From positions 10,350 to 74,349 of the forward strand of contig DAONDX010000009.1 of the NCBI GenBank assembly GCA_035402765.1: a stretch of 64,000 nt of DNA. The letters run 5' to 3'. Source of the stretch: Candidatus Omnitrophota bacterium. Its GTDB lineage: Bacteria; Omnitrophota; Gorgyraeia; Gygaellales; Profunditerraquicolaceae. The notes beneath the pieces are model-generated. The model was not told the DNA's origin, searched no databases, and saw nothing but the letters and a program-made list of their open reading frames with translations. A program made the position numbers and the translations under genes. Of this stretch, positions 1 through 8,543 are shown piece after piece. Numbering within the stretch: position 1 is the first letter of the stretch; each line of letters begins with the position of its first letter.

Positions 1-123
1 GCCGGCGTGTTATTCTTTAGCTGGAATCGCCAGTCACGTATGATTAAAGATGAACTTTTAGGAGCTAAAAATTCCGCCTTTCCTGAGTCCGGATCCGGGC
101 CTGATGAAGAAGATAAACCTTAA
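1..123 (+). CDS. 3' end of an unidentified CDS (C-terminus ...PESGSGPDEEDKP*), truncated by the window edge
   Basis: An open frame runs from the window start to TAA at 121-123. The tail is hydrophilic and does not look like an ATP synthase a-subunit C-terminus. Confidence 0.3.
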   Translation, partial: AGVLFFSWNRQSRMIKDELLGAKNSAFPESGSGPDEEDKP

Positions 124-138
124 GGAAGGTTAATCTTA

Positions 139-372
139 ATGCTGTTGAATGTTTCAATCTTAAACTTAAGTAAAGTCCTTTTTGAGGGGCAAGCCGGAAG
201 AGTTATTTTGCCCGGGGAAGAAGGTGTATTTGAAATACTCCCGTTCCATAAACGTATTATGAGTCGTTTGATTACGGGAGCGGTAATTGTGGATCAGCAA
301 AGTATTCCGATAAGAAGGGGAGTAGTTAAAGCGGATCAGAATACGGTAACGATTATTCTGGAAGAAAAATGA
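139..372 (+). CDS. atpC: F-type ATP synthase epsilon subunit, N-terminal beta-sandwich domain only (77 aa)
   Basis: The translation matches the epsilon N-domain pattern (VxxP...FxG...LPGxxGxFxILPxHxxxxxxLxxGxxxV...RGxV...VTIL). The C-terminal helical hairpin is absent. It overlaps the c-subunit start by 4 nt (ATGA). Confidence 0.65.
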   Translation: MLLNVSILNLSKVLFEGQAGRVILPGEEGVFEILPFHKRIMSRLITGAVIVDQQSIPIRRGVVKADQNTVTIILEEK

Positions 373-587
373 GTAAAAATATTGCTTTAGTGATAATTTT
401 TGCTTTATGTATATTAGGGCCCTGCGCGGTTTTTGCCGCGGGCAGTTACTCCAGCATTAATGCGCTGGGCCGTAATCCGTCGTCGGCGCCTAAGATCTTT
501 ACCGCGATGATTATTGGATTAGTTTTTGCGCAAAGTTTGGCGATTGTCGCCATGTTGATCGTATTCCAGTTGTTTGGCGCCTCTTAA
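369..587 (+). CDS. atpE: F-type ATP synthase c subunit (72 aa, two TM helices). The conserved ion-binding Glu/Asp is absent: Gln sits in the aligned position.
   Basis: Two hydrophobic helices are joined by a polar loop GRNPS, which matches the c-subunit loop ARQPE. Helix 2 (IIGLVFAQSLAIVAML) aligns to FIGVALVEALPIIGVV of a Bacillus c subunit. There is no D or E in either helix. Confidence 0.7.
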   Translation: MSKNIALVIIFALCILGPCAVFAAGSYSSINALGRNPSSAPKIFTAMIIGLVFAQSLAIVAMLIVFQLFGAS

Positions 588-608
588 TACTTAAAGGAGA
601 TTAAAAAG

Positions 609-1319
609 ATGTTGATGGCTTCGTTTATTATTTTTATTTTGCTGGTTTTTGTGGTATTGGTATTTATGTTAAATAAAATTATGACGCAAAATGTTACTTC
701 GGCTACCCAGCATATTGACGAGTTGAATCAGGATTACACTAAGAAAGACGAAGATATCAACCGCCGTTGGGAAGAAGTTAAAAGGCAGGCCGAGGATATT
801 GTCCGTAAGGCTCAAGAGGAAGGTGAAAAAACCAAGATCGAATTAATTAAAGGGGCTGAAGCCGAGAAAGAGCAAATTATAAAACAAGCCCGCGTAAAAA
901 GCGAAGAGATGGTGGCACAGGCGGAGAAATCTTGCCAGGCTTTGCTTTCGGAGATCGAGGCGCGGATTGCTAAAGAGGCGATGAATAAAGCGGTGGGTTT
1001 GATCCATGATGTCCTTCCGGATAAGTTCAAACGCAACGTGCATAATGAATGGGTAGACGGATTGATCGCTAACGGTTTCAATCAGCTTAATAATATCGGT
1101 ATTCCGGATAATGTTTCGGAGGTTTTGATCTCAGCCGCATTTCCTTTAACCGCTAATCAGCGGGAGGAATTGATCAAAAAGCTTTCCAGTGTTTTGAATC
1201 GTCAGATTACCTTAAAAGAAGAGGTTGATCCAAAATTAGTTGCCGGTTTAGTGATTACGATTGCCAGCCTGGTTTTTGACGGAACCCTGAAAAACAAAAT
1301 TATGGAGAAAGCCCGCTAA
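609..1319 (+). CDS. atpF: ATP synthase b subunit fused to a delta (OSCP) C-terminal domain
   Basis: An N-terminal TM helix is followed by a long charged coiled coil, as in a b subunit. The last ~90 aa (…VDPKLVAGLVITIASLVFDGTLKNKIMEKAR) match the conserved delta C-terminal domain. An RBS AAGGAGA lies upstream and the stop abuts the atpA ATG. Confidence 0.6.
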   Translation: MLMASFIIFILLVFVVLVFMLNKIMTQNVTSATQHIDELNQDYTKKDEDINRRWEEVKRQAEDIVRKAQEEGEKTKIELIKGAEAEKEQIIKQARVKSEEMVAQAEKSCQALLSEIEARIAKEAMNKAVGLIHDVLPDKFKRNVHNEWVDGLIANGFNQLNNIGIPDNVSEVLISAAFPLTANQREELIKKLSSVLNRQITLKEEVDPKLVAGLVITIASLVFDGTLKNKIMEKAR

Positions 1320-2804
1320 ATGTCAAGCGATATAAGATCTTCGGATCCCGGAACAGTTTTTGAGATTCGTGAAGTAGGTTTTATACAGTCTGTCCGTAAG
1401 TTCATTGTTGTGGCTAAGGGGATGCCTAGCTGTATTAACGGCCAGATCGTGGAATTTGCCAGCGGCATACTGGGTTTAGTGATGGGGTTTACCGAGGATA
1501 AAGTCCAAATCCTGGTGTTGGGTGATCCCGTCGGCATCCGCGCCGGCGATGAAGTTTATAATAAGGGAAAGTCCCTTACGCTTCCGGTCGGAGATGCTTT
1601 TGTCGGCAGGGTAGTGGATGCGCTTTGCCGGCCGCTGGATGGGCAAGGCCCGGTGGCAGCCCAGGGCCAGCTTCCGGCATTTATTGTCGCTCCCGGGGTT
1701 ATGGATCGACAACCGGTAAATCAAACTTTGGAATCCGGTACTTTGATTATTGACGCGATTATCCCCTTGGCCAAAGGTCAAAGGCAGCTTTTAATCGGCG
1801 ACCGGATCACCGGGAAAACCAGCGTCGCTTTAGATGCGATAATTAATCAGAAGGGTAAGAATGTCATTTGTATTTACTGCTGCATCGGCAAGCCTTATTC
1901 CAGCCTGGTTAAAGTTTTAAATGTCCTGCGTGAAAAAGAAGCCTTAGATTATGTGATTATAGTTTCCGGGGTAGCCAGCGTTTCAACCGGAGAACAGTAT
2001 TTGGCTCCTTATACTGCCTGTACTTTGGGTGAGTATTTTATGAGCCAGGGCAAAGATGTGCTTTTAGTTGCCGATGATCTAACTAAACATGCCTGGGTCT
2101 ATAGGCAAATTTCTCTTTTGTTGGAACGGGCACCCGGCCGGGAGGCATATCCCGGGGACATTTTTTATTTACACTCTCAGATGATGGAACGTGCCGGGCT
2201 CCTGAAAAAAGACCTCGGCGGCGGTTCAATGACCTTTTTGCCGATCGTGGAAATCCTGCAGGGAGATTTAACCGGATATATTCCCACCAATTTGATTTCC
2301 ATGACCGACGGACAACTTTATTTCTCTACCGGCCTTTTTAACAAAGGGGTAAAGCCGGCGATCGATTTTGGTTTATCGGTTTCCCGTATCGGTAATAAAG
2401 CTCAATGGCCGGCGGTTAAAGGCTTAAGCAAATCTTTACGTCTTGATTATCTGCAGTATAAAGAACTTTTGCAGATGACCCAATTGCGTACTTCCGGGCT
2501 TTCCAAAGAAGCCGAAGCGCGGTTGCGTCGAGGGGAGGCGATCAGCCAGCTGATTACCCAGGATAAAAATCGTCCGGTATCTGTTGAAGAGCAGATCATT
2601 TATTTATATTCGCTGAATCATGGTTTGTTGGATAGTTTATCTACCGCTCAGATCCGCCAGTTTCGTTTGAATATTTTAGCTTATGTTCAGCAGGTCAAGC
2701 CTGAATTCTGTTTAAAAATCCGGCAGACCAAAGAACTTAGCGAAGATCTCCGGGTGATGCTGGAAGAGGCGCTCACGGCATATTTAAGAGAAGAGGTTAA
2801 ATAA
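1320..2804 (+). CDS. atpA: F-type ATP synthase alpha subunit
   Basis: Walker A GDRITGKTS, CCIGKPYSS and overall alpha-subunit architecture are present in 494 aa. Confidence 0.95.
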   Translation: MSSDIRSSDPGTVFEIREVGFIQSVRKFIVVAKGMPSCINGQIVEFASGILGLVMGFTEDKVQILVLGDPVGIRAGDEVYNKGKSLTLPVGDAFVGRVVDALCRPLDGQGPVAAQGQLPAFIVAPGVMDRQPVNQTLESGTLIIDAIIPLAKGQRQLLIGDRITGKTSVALDAIINQKGKNVICIYCCIGKPYSSLVKVLNVLREKEALDYVIIVSGVASVSTGEQYLAPYTACTLGEYFMSQGKDVLLVADDLTKHAWVYRQISLLLERAPGREAYPGDIFYLHSQMMERAGLLKKDLGGGSMTFLPIVEILQGDLTGYIPTNLISMTDGQLYFSTGLFNKGVKPAIDFGLSVSRIGNKAQWPAVKGLSKSLRLDYLQYKELLQMTQLRTSGLSKEAEARLRRGEAISQLITQDKNRPVSVEEQIIYLYSLNHGLLDSLSTAQIRQFRLNILAYVQQVKPEFCLKIRQTKELSEDLRVMLEEALTAYLREEVK

Positions 2805-2808
2805 GCTT

Positions 2809-3669
2809 ATGCAGACCATGGCGGTCATTAAAAAAGATATGGAGTTTAACCAGGGGCTTTCTTCTTTAATTGAGGTGTTGAAGAATATCGCGGTCTCCCA
2901 ATACCGTTCTTTAGAGCATAGATTCGGCGGTTTTGATAAGTTTATGAGCGCTGTGGAAAGTTATTTTGAATTTATTGATTTTAAAGCTGTCCGGCATCCA
3001 TTCCTGGCTCCGACCAATAAAACTCAAGTGGTTGTGGTAGTTACCTCCGACGGCGGTCTTTTGGGCGGTTTAAATATGCAGGTAGTCTCCCGGGCTTTAG
3101 CGGAACTGGCGAGTAATCCCGGCCAATTAGTGGTGATCGGTGAGCGGGGTAAAATGTATGCGCGGGAAAGCGGAGTTCCCTTTGTAGCTTACCCTGGGAT
3201 CAACGACGATGACCGGTTGAACCAGGCTTTTCAGCTAAGGGATTATTTGTTCAGGAACGCCCTGAGGGGAAAGTTCGGATTATTGAAAGTAGTGTACCCT
3301 CACCCGGTATCTTTTACGGTTCAGCGGGTTGAGACAGTAACTTTTTTTCCTTTTTTACCGGAATTTTTAGCCGCTAAACCTCAGGGTCCCGAGAAACTTG
3401 CGATTTTGCAAAATGTGATCTTTGAATCAAAAATCAGCGATATTGTGGAGTATCTGGTTTATTTATGGATGGGCCAGCGGCTTTATGATATTTTTGGCTT
3501 AAGCCGCCTGTCAGAGTTTGCCGCCCGTTACGTCCATCTTGAAGACAGTCTGCGGCGGCTTAAAGAGATGGACGCAAAGCTAAAGCTGCAGTATTTCCGT
3601 GTCCGGCATGAAATTATCGATCAAAGCATGCGGGAATTGTTTAGCGCCAGGCAGTTGTTTAATGCTTAA
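2809..3669 (+). CDS. atpG: F-type ATP synthase gamma subunit
   Basis: At 286 aa it sits between alpha and beta, with the N- and C-terminal helices typical of gamma. Confidence 0.85.
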   Translation: MQTMAVIKKDMEFNQGLSSLIEVLKNIAVSQYRSLEHRFGGFDKFMSAVESYFEFIDFKAVRHPFLAPTNKTQVVVVVTSDGGLLGGLNMQVVSRALAELASNPGQLVVIGERGKMYARESGVPFVAYPGINDDDRLNQAFQLRDYLFRNALRGKFGLLKVVYPHPVSFTVQRVETVTFFPFLPEFLAAKPQGPEKLAILQNVIFESKISDIVEYLVYLWMGQRLYDIFGLSRLSEFAARYVHLEDSLRRLKEMDAKLKLQYFRVRHEIIDQSMRELFSARQLFNA

Positions 3670-3705
3670 TGACCAGATCTGAGATTTTTTATGGGAAGAT
3701 AAACT

Positions 3706-5103
3706 ATGAATAATAAAGCTAAAGGTAAGATTACCGCGGTGCAGGGCCCGGTGGTCGACGTAAAATTTAATTCGGCCGATGATGTGCCGAATGTTTACGC
3801 GATGTTACTTACCCATACTATCGAAGGCAGCGAAGTTTTTTTGGAGGTTGCCGAACATTTACCGGGTAATGTCGCCCGGTGTATTTCGATTAATTCTACG
3901 ACAAATATTCAACGTTATGCCGAAGCTATTTTTTACGGTTCTTCCATTCAAATTCCGGCCGGGGACGGGCTTTACGGTCGCTTGATTAATGTCGTAGGTC
4001 AGCCGATTGACCAGGGAGGGCCGGTTGAACATCAGGAAAAAAGCTCGATCCGTAAAACCGATATGGGCAGCCGGGTCCGGGTCAGTAAAAATAAGGATGA
4101 GCGCCGCAGTTACGAAGTTATGGAAACCGGGATCAAGATTATCGATTTGCTGGCTCCGCTGGTTAAAGGAAGCAAAACCGGTATTTTAGGAGGCGCCGGG
4201 TTAGGCAAAAGCGTGCTGACCCTGGAGATTATCCAGCATATCGTCAAGCGTTATCAGGGGTCTTGCGTTTTTGTCGGTATCGGAGAACGTATCCGCGAAG
4301 GGAACGAATTGTATTATGAATTAAAGAATCATGATGTTCTATCTAAAACAATGATGGTATTCGGCCAGATGAACGAGCCGCCGGGGGCGCGTTTTGCTGT
4401 GGCAATGACCGGGATCACGATGGCTGAAGCGGTGCAGAAAAAGAACCAGGATGTTTTGATGTTTTGTGATAATATTTTTCGTTTTGTCCAGGCCGGTAGC
4501 GAAATCTCAACCCTTCTGGGGCGGGTGCCTTCAGAAACCGGGTATCAGCCTACTTTGCTTTCTGAAGTTAGCGAATTTCATGAACGGATCCGTACGACTA
4601 AGGATGCCGGAGGGTCAATTACTTCTATCGAGGCCGTTTATGTCCCGGCTGATGATTTAACGGACCCTGCAGTTGTGGCGATTTTTAGTTTTTTGGATTC
4701 AGTATTAGTTTTGTCCCGCGAACGGATCCAGCTGGGTTTGTACCCGGCGATTGATCCGCTTTTATCCAGTTCTTCCAATCTGGATATCGATATCGTCGGA
4801 AAACGCCATTTTGAGGTTGCCCAAGGGGTAATCAGGATGTTCCAGCGTTACGAAGAATTGCGGCGCATTGTCCTGGTAGTCGGGATCGACGAACTTTCAT
4901 CCAGCGACCGGATTATCTATGAACGGGCCCGGAAAATGCAAAATTTTCTTACGCAACCGTTTTCCGTTGCGGAAGCTTATACCGGCAAAAAAGGGGTTTA
5001 TGTAACGATTGAACAAACTCTGGAAGGCTGTGAAAAGATTATGTCCGGCAAAATGGATAGCCAGCCGGAGCAGGGATTTTATTTGATCGGGGCTTTACCC
5101 TAA
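3706..5103 (+). CDS. atpD: F-type ATP synthase beta subunit
   Basis: P-loop GGAGLGKSVL, catalytic GIGERIREG and DELSSSD (the DELSEED equivalent) are present. A ~30-aa insertion follows the N-terminal barrel. Confidence 0.95.
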   Translation: MNNKAKGKITAVQGPVVDVKFNSADDVPNVYAMLLTHTIEGSEVFLEVAEHLPGNVARCISINSTTNIQRYAEAIFYGSSIQIPAGDGLYGRLINVVGQPIDQGGPVEHQEKSSIRKTDMGSRVRVSKNKDERRSYEVMETGIKIIDLLAPLVKGSKTGILGGAGLGKSVLTLEIIQHIVKRYQGSCVFVGIGERIREGNELYYELKNHDVLSKTMMVFGQMNEPPGARFAVAMTGITMAEAVQKKNQDVLMFCDNIFRFVQAGSEISTLLGRVPSETGYQPTLLSEVSEFHERIRTTKDAGGSITSIEAVYVPADDLTDPAVVAIFSFLDSVLVLSRERIQLGLYPAIDPLLSSSSNLDIDIVGKRHFEVAQGVIRMFQRYEELRRIVLVVGIDELSSSDRIIYERARKMQNFLTQPFSVAEAYTGKKGVYVTIEQTLEGCEKIMSGKMDSQPEQGFYLIGALP

Positions 5104-5156
5104 ACCTTCGGAAAATAAACTAAATTCACCTAATGACCTGTTATTTAAAATAAAAT

Positions 5157-7316
5157 ATGCCTAAAAAAATTGATTTACAATTAGCGGAAATTTTAGTTGA
5201 AAAAAAACTGATCACCCGTGAAAATGTCGCAGAGCTTCTGCTGGAAGCTGACCGCCTAAAACAGGACCTGCGGCAGGTTTTAGTAAAACATAGTTTGTTC
5301 TCTGAACAAGCCGTCCTGGATTTATTAGCGGAAAAATTAAAACTTACCTGTGTTAATCTTAAGGAGTTATCAATTGACAGATTAATTATTAACAAGGTTC
5401 CTTTAAAAATAGCTTCTTATTATAAATTCATTCCGTTATTCTTAAAAGGCAGGACTTTAACCATCGCTGTAGCTTATCCCCTGGATATTATGACGCTGGA
5501 TGAAATCAGGACTCAGTTAGGTTTAGACATTGAAACGGCTTTGGCTTGTGCCGCCGATGTGGCGGATGATTTAAAAAAATATTATGGTTTAGCCGCTGAT
5601 ACTTTGGAAAAAATAAATTCACAGCAGGTTTCAACTTCGGCTAATGACCAGCAGAGCAGAAACCAGGAGGGGGTAGAGGATATTGAGAAACAGGCTACCG
5701 ATGCCTCGGTAATTAAATTAGTTAATCAAATAATTTTAGAGGCCTGGCGGAAACGGGCCACGGATATTCATATTGAGCCTTACCGGCAAGGCCTGGCGCT
5801 GCGTTATCGGATTGATGGCCTGCTTTATGATGCCAATATTCCCGGTGAAATAAAAAATTTTATGAATGCGATTATTTCCCGGATTAAAATCATGTCTAAC
5901 CTGAACATTGTTGAACGCCGGCTTCCCCAGGATGGCCGGGCAATTGTCAGAGTTCAGGATCAGGTTTTGGATTTGCGGATTTCGACTATTCCCACTCCTT
6001 TCGGCGAAAGTTTGGTTATCAGGATTCTGCCTACCCAGATGCTTTTTAGCTTGGAGAAATTAGGTTTATCCAAGAATGAGCTGCAGATTTTCGAAGGTTT
6101 GGTACAGAAACCGCACGGTATAATTTTTGTTACCGGTCCGACGGGGAGCGGTAAGACCACTACGCTTTACGCCTGTTTGAGCAGGATTAACACTAAGGAC
6201 CGCAAGATCATCACGATCGAGGATCCTATCGAGTATGAGATGAGCGGGATTACTCAGATCCAGGTCCAGCCGGAGATCGGTTTGGATTTTGCCCGCGGGC
6301 TGCGCAGTATCTTAAGGCATGATCCGGACGTGATCATGGTGGGAGAAGTCAGGGATTTTGAAACAGCCGAAACCGCTATCCGGGTGGCTTTGACCGGACA
6401 TTTAGTATTTTCTTCCGTGCACACTAATGATGCGGCTAGCGGCATTGCCCGCTTACAGGATATCGGAGTTGAGCCGTATTTAATTGCTTCCAGTGTTGAG
6501 GCTTTTATTGCGCAACGGTTAATCCGGGTTATCTGTCCGGAATGCCGGTTTGAAGATAAGCAGGCGCCTTTAGAGTTAAGAGAATTAATCGCCCGTGATC
6601 TGGGAATAAAATTAGAAGAAGTTAAAATCTTCCGGGGTAAAGGATGCCCTCATTGTAATTCTACGGGTTATTTTGGCCGCACAGCAATCTATGAAATTTT
6701 AATTGTGGATGAACTGACCAAAGAAATGATTCTCAAGAAAGCTTCTTCCGACCAGATCAAGCGGTTGGCTGTATCTAAAGGGATGCGTACTTTAAGGCAG
6801 GACGGTTGGAGAAAAACCATTGCCGGGGTCACTACTTTTGAGGAGGTGATCCGGGTAACTTCCGCCGAAGAGGAGGTTAGTATTAAAAAAGATACCTCAA
6901 CCGCTGAAAGCAGCTATCCTTATCAAGAGGCCAATCCTGAGCCGGGGACATTAAGCCGGCGGGTTTACCGGCGGCTGGATAAACAGGTGAATGTGAGCTA
7001 TAAGGTCTTTGAAGTAGAGAATGAATTAATTAAACGCAAAGATGCTGTTGAAGAGGCAACGGCCAGTAAAAATATTTCTGCCGGAGGCCTGCTCTTTGTA
7101 GCGAAGGATAAATTAATTATCGGTTCAATACTTGAGCTAAAGATCCAATTACCTAATAGCGATGAGCTGATTGAATGTCTAGCCAGAGTGGTCAGAGTGG
7201 AAGAGCTGATTGAACAAAGAGAATATGATGTTGCCGTCTGTTTCCTGGATTTAACCGGCGCCGAACGGATAAGATTAGATAAGTTTGTAGGGCAGAAACC
7301 GGAGGGCAGGTTATAA
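5157..7316 (+). CDS. pilB: Type II secretion / type IV pilus assembly ATPase (GspE/PilB family) with a C-terminal PilZ domain
   Basis: It has a GspE N-terminal domain, Walker A GPTGSGKTTT, and the tetracysteine CPEC...CPHC motif. The C-terminal ~135 aa carry PilZ motifs RRVYRRLD (RxxxR) and NISAGG (D/NxSxGG). Confidence 0.9.
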   Translation: MPKKIDLQLAEILVEKKLITRENVAELLLEADRLKQDLRQVLVKHSLFSEQAVLDLLAEKLKLTCVNLKELSIDRLIINKVPLKIASYYKFIPLFLKGRTLTIAVAYPLDIMTLDEIRTQLGLDIETALACAADVADDLKKYYGLAADTLEKINSQQVSTSANDQQSRNQEGVEDIEKQATDASVIKLVNQIILEAWRKRATDIHIEPYRQGLALRYRIDGLLYDANIPGEIKNFMNAIISRIKIMSNLNIVERRLPQDGRAIVRVQDQVLDLRISTIPTPFGESLVIRILPTQMLFSLEKLGLSKNELQIFEGLVQKPHGIIFVTGPTGSGKTTTLYACLSRINTKDRKIITIEDPIEYEMSGITQIQVQPEIGLDFARGLRSILRHDPDVIMVGEVRDFETAETAIRVALTGHLVFSSVHTNDAASGIARLQDIGVEPYLIASSVEAFIAQRLIRVICPECRFEDKQAPLELRELIARDLGIKLEEVKIFRGKGCPHCNSTGYFGRTAIYEILIVDELTKEMILKKASSDQIKRLAVSKGMRTLRQDGWRKTIAGVTTFEEVIRVTSAEEEVSIKKDTSTAESSYPYQEANPEPGTLSRRVYRRLDKQVNVSYKVFEVENELIKRKDAVEEATASKNISAGGLLFVAKDKLIIGSILELKIQLPNSDELIECLARVVRVEELIEQREYDVAVCFLDLTGAERIRLDKFVGQKPEGRL

Positions 7317-7318
7317 TC

Positions 7319-8539
7319 ATGGCTAATTATAATTATCGCGCTAAAAAAGGACTGCAAGAGATAATTAACGGTACGATCGAAGCGGTTTCTGAAAAAGAGG
7401 CAATTGAAAAAATCAGTGCGCTGGGTTATCTTCCTATCTCTCTGGAAGAAGCTAAAAATCAGCAGAAATTTTCTCCTGCTCCTGTAGCGTATAAAACGCA
7501 CGGCAGGATCAAGGGCAGGCAAATTACTACTTTTTCCCGGCAGCTTTCCAGCCTTTTAAAATCCGGAGTCCCCATACTGTCGGCGATAAACATTATTAGA
7601 GAACAGTCGGAAAACGTGAATTTAAAAGCCGTCCTTTATGATATTTACAATGTAATTAAGAACGGGGGAACATTTTCTTCGGCTTTGGAGGTTTATCCGA
7701 AATATTTTCCCGTTTTATATATTGCCATGGTGCGTACGGGGGAAAATAGCGGAGCTTTAGCCGCTTCGCTTTTGAGGATCGCCGATTACCGGGCTAAACA
7801 AGAAGAACTGATTTCACGTTTCCGGATGGCGATGGCCTATCCCATATTGATGGCCCTGGTGGGGATAGCTACGGTAGTATTTATGCTTACTTATGTAATG
7901 CCCAGATTAATGGGGATATTCTCTAGTCTAGGGCAGAATTTACCGTTGCCTACCCAAATTCTGTTAGCCCTGAGCAAGGGGTTGCGCCAATGGTGGCCTT
8001 GGATGATTTTAATTATCTTGGCCGCAGTTGTTTTGATCAAGCAGCAGTTAAATACTAAAATGGGCAGGTTAACCTGGAGCGTTTGTAAACTGCGTATTCC
8101 TATATTCGGAAATTTCGCGCTCAAAGCCGATCTGGCTTGTTTTAGCCGGACTTTGGAATTACTGCTTAAAAGCGGCCTGCCGATTTTAAGCGCTTTACAG
8201 ATATCCGTGCAGGTATTGAATAATGAAGTGATCAAAGAAAAATTGATGAAGAGTTACCGGGATCTAGAGCAGGGTGGATCTTTGGGACGGAGTTTGAAAG
8301 ATTCTAAATTGCTTCCCTTGTTTATGGTGAATTTGATCAGCATCGGAGAAGAATCCGGGAATCTGGCTTCTTCTTTGGGGGAAGTCGCCGATTCCTATGA
8401 ACGCGATACCGATGAAATGATCAAGGTGATGAGCAGTTTACTTGAGCCGCTAATGATTTTAGCAATGGGTTTAATCGTCGGTTTTATTGTGATCGCGATG
8501 CTTTTGCCGATCTTCGAAATTAACCTGATGTCTAAATAA
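7319..8539 (+). CDS. pilC: Type II secretion / type IV pilus inner-membrane platform protein (GspF/PilC family)
   Basis: It is 406 aa with duplicated GspF domains and three TM segments. It lies immediately downstream of the ATPase. Confidence 0.9.
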   Translation: MANYNYRAKKGLQEIINGTIEAVSEKEAIEKISALGYLPISLEEAKNQQKFSPAPVAYKTHGRIKGRQITTFSRQLSSLLKSGVPILSAINIIREQSENVNLKAVLYDIYNVIKNGGTFSSALEVYPKYFPVLYIAMVRTGENSGALAASLLRIADYRAKQEELISRFRMAMAYPILMALVGIATVVFMLTYVMPRLMGIFSSLGQNLPLPTQILLALSKGLRQWWPWMILIILAAVVLIKQQLNTKMGRLTWSVCKLRIPIFGNFALKADLACFSRTLELLLKSGLPILSALQISVQVLNNEVIKEKLMKSYRDLEQGGSLGRSLKDSKLLPLFMVNLISIGEESGNLASSLGEVADSYERDTDEMIKVMSSLLEPLMILAMGLIVGFIVIAMLLPIFEINLMSK

Positions 8540-8543
8540 CTTA

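Noticed and set aside
1-123. Upstream partial ORF as the ATP synthase a subunit (atpB) C-terminus
   Set aside because: The last 40 residues are hydrophilic and acidic (…PESGSGPDEEDKP), unlike the hydrophobic C-terminal helices of subunit a.
812-1081. Antisense and alternative-frame ORFs inside the ATP synthase genes (812-1081, 843-1043, 1316-1537, 1476-1781 on the minus strand; 3779-3985, 4007-4189, 4466-4660 on the plus strand)
   Set aside because: They lie entirely within well-supported atpF, atpA and atpD reading frames and give low-complexity translations. No independent signal supports them.
5141-5395. Minus-strand 84-aa ORF overlapping the pilB start; likewise 16201-16434, 16637-16831 and other short antisense ORFs in the ORF track
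   Set aside because: They are embedded in or opposite strongly supported genes, show no RBS or family resemblance and carry biased low-complexity translations.
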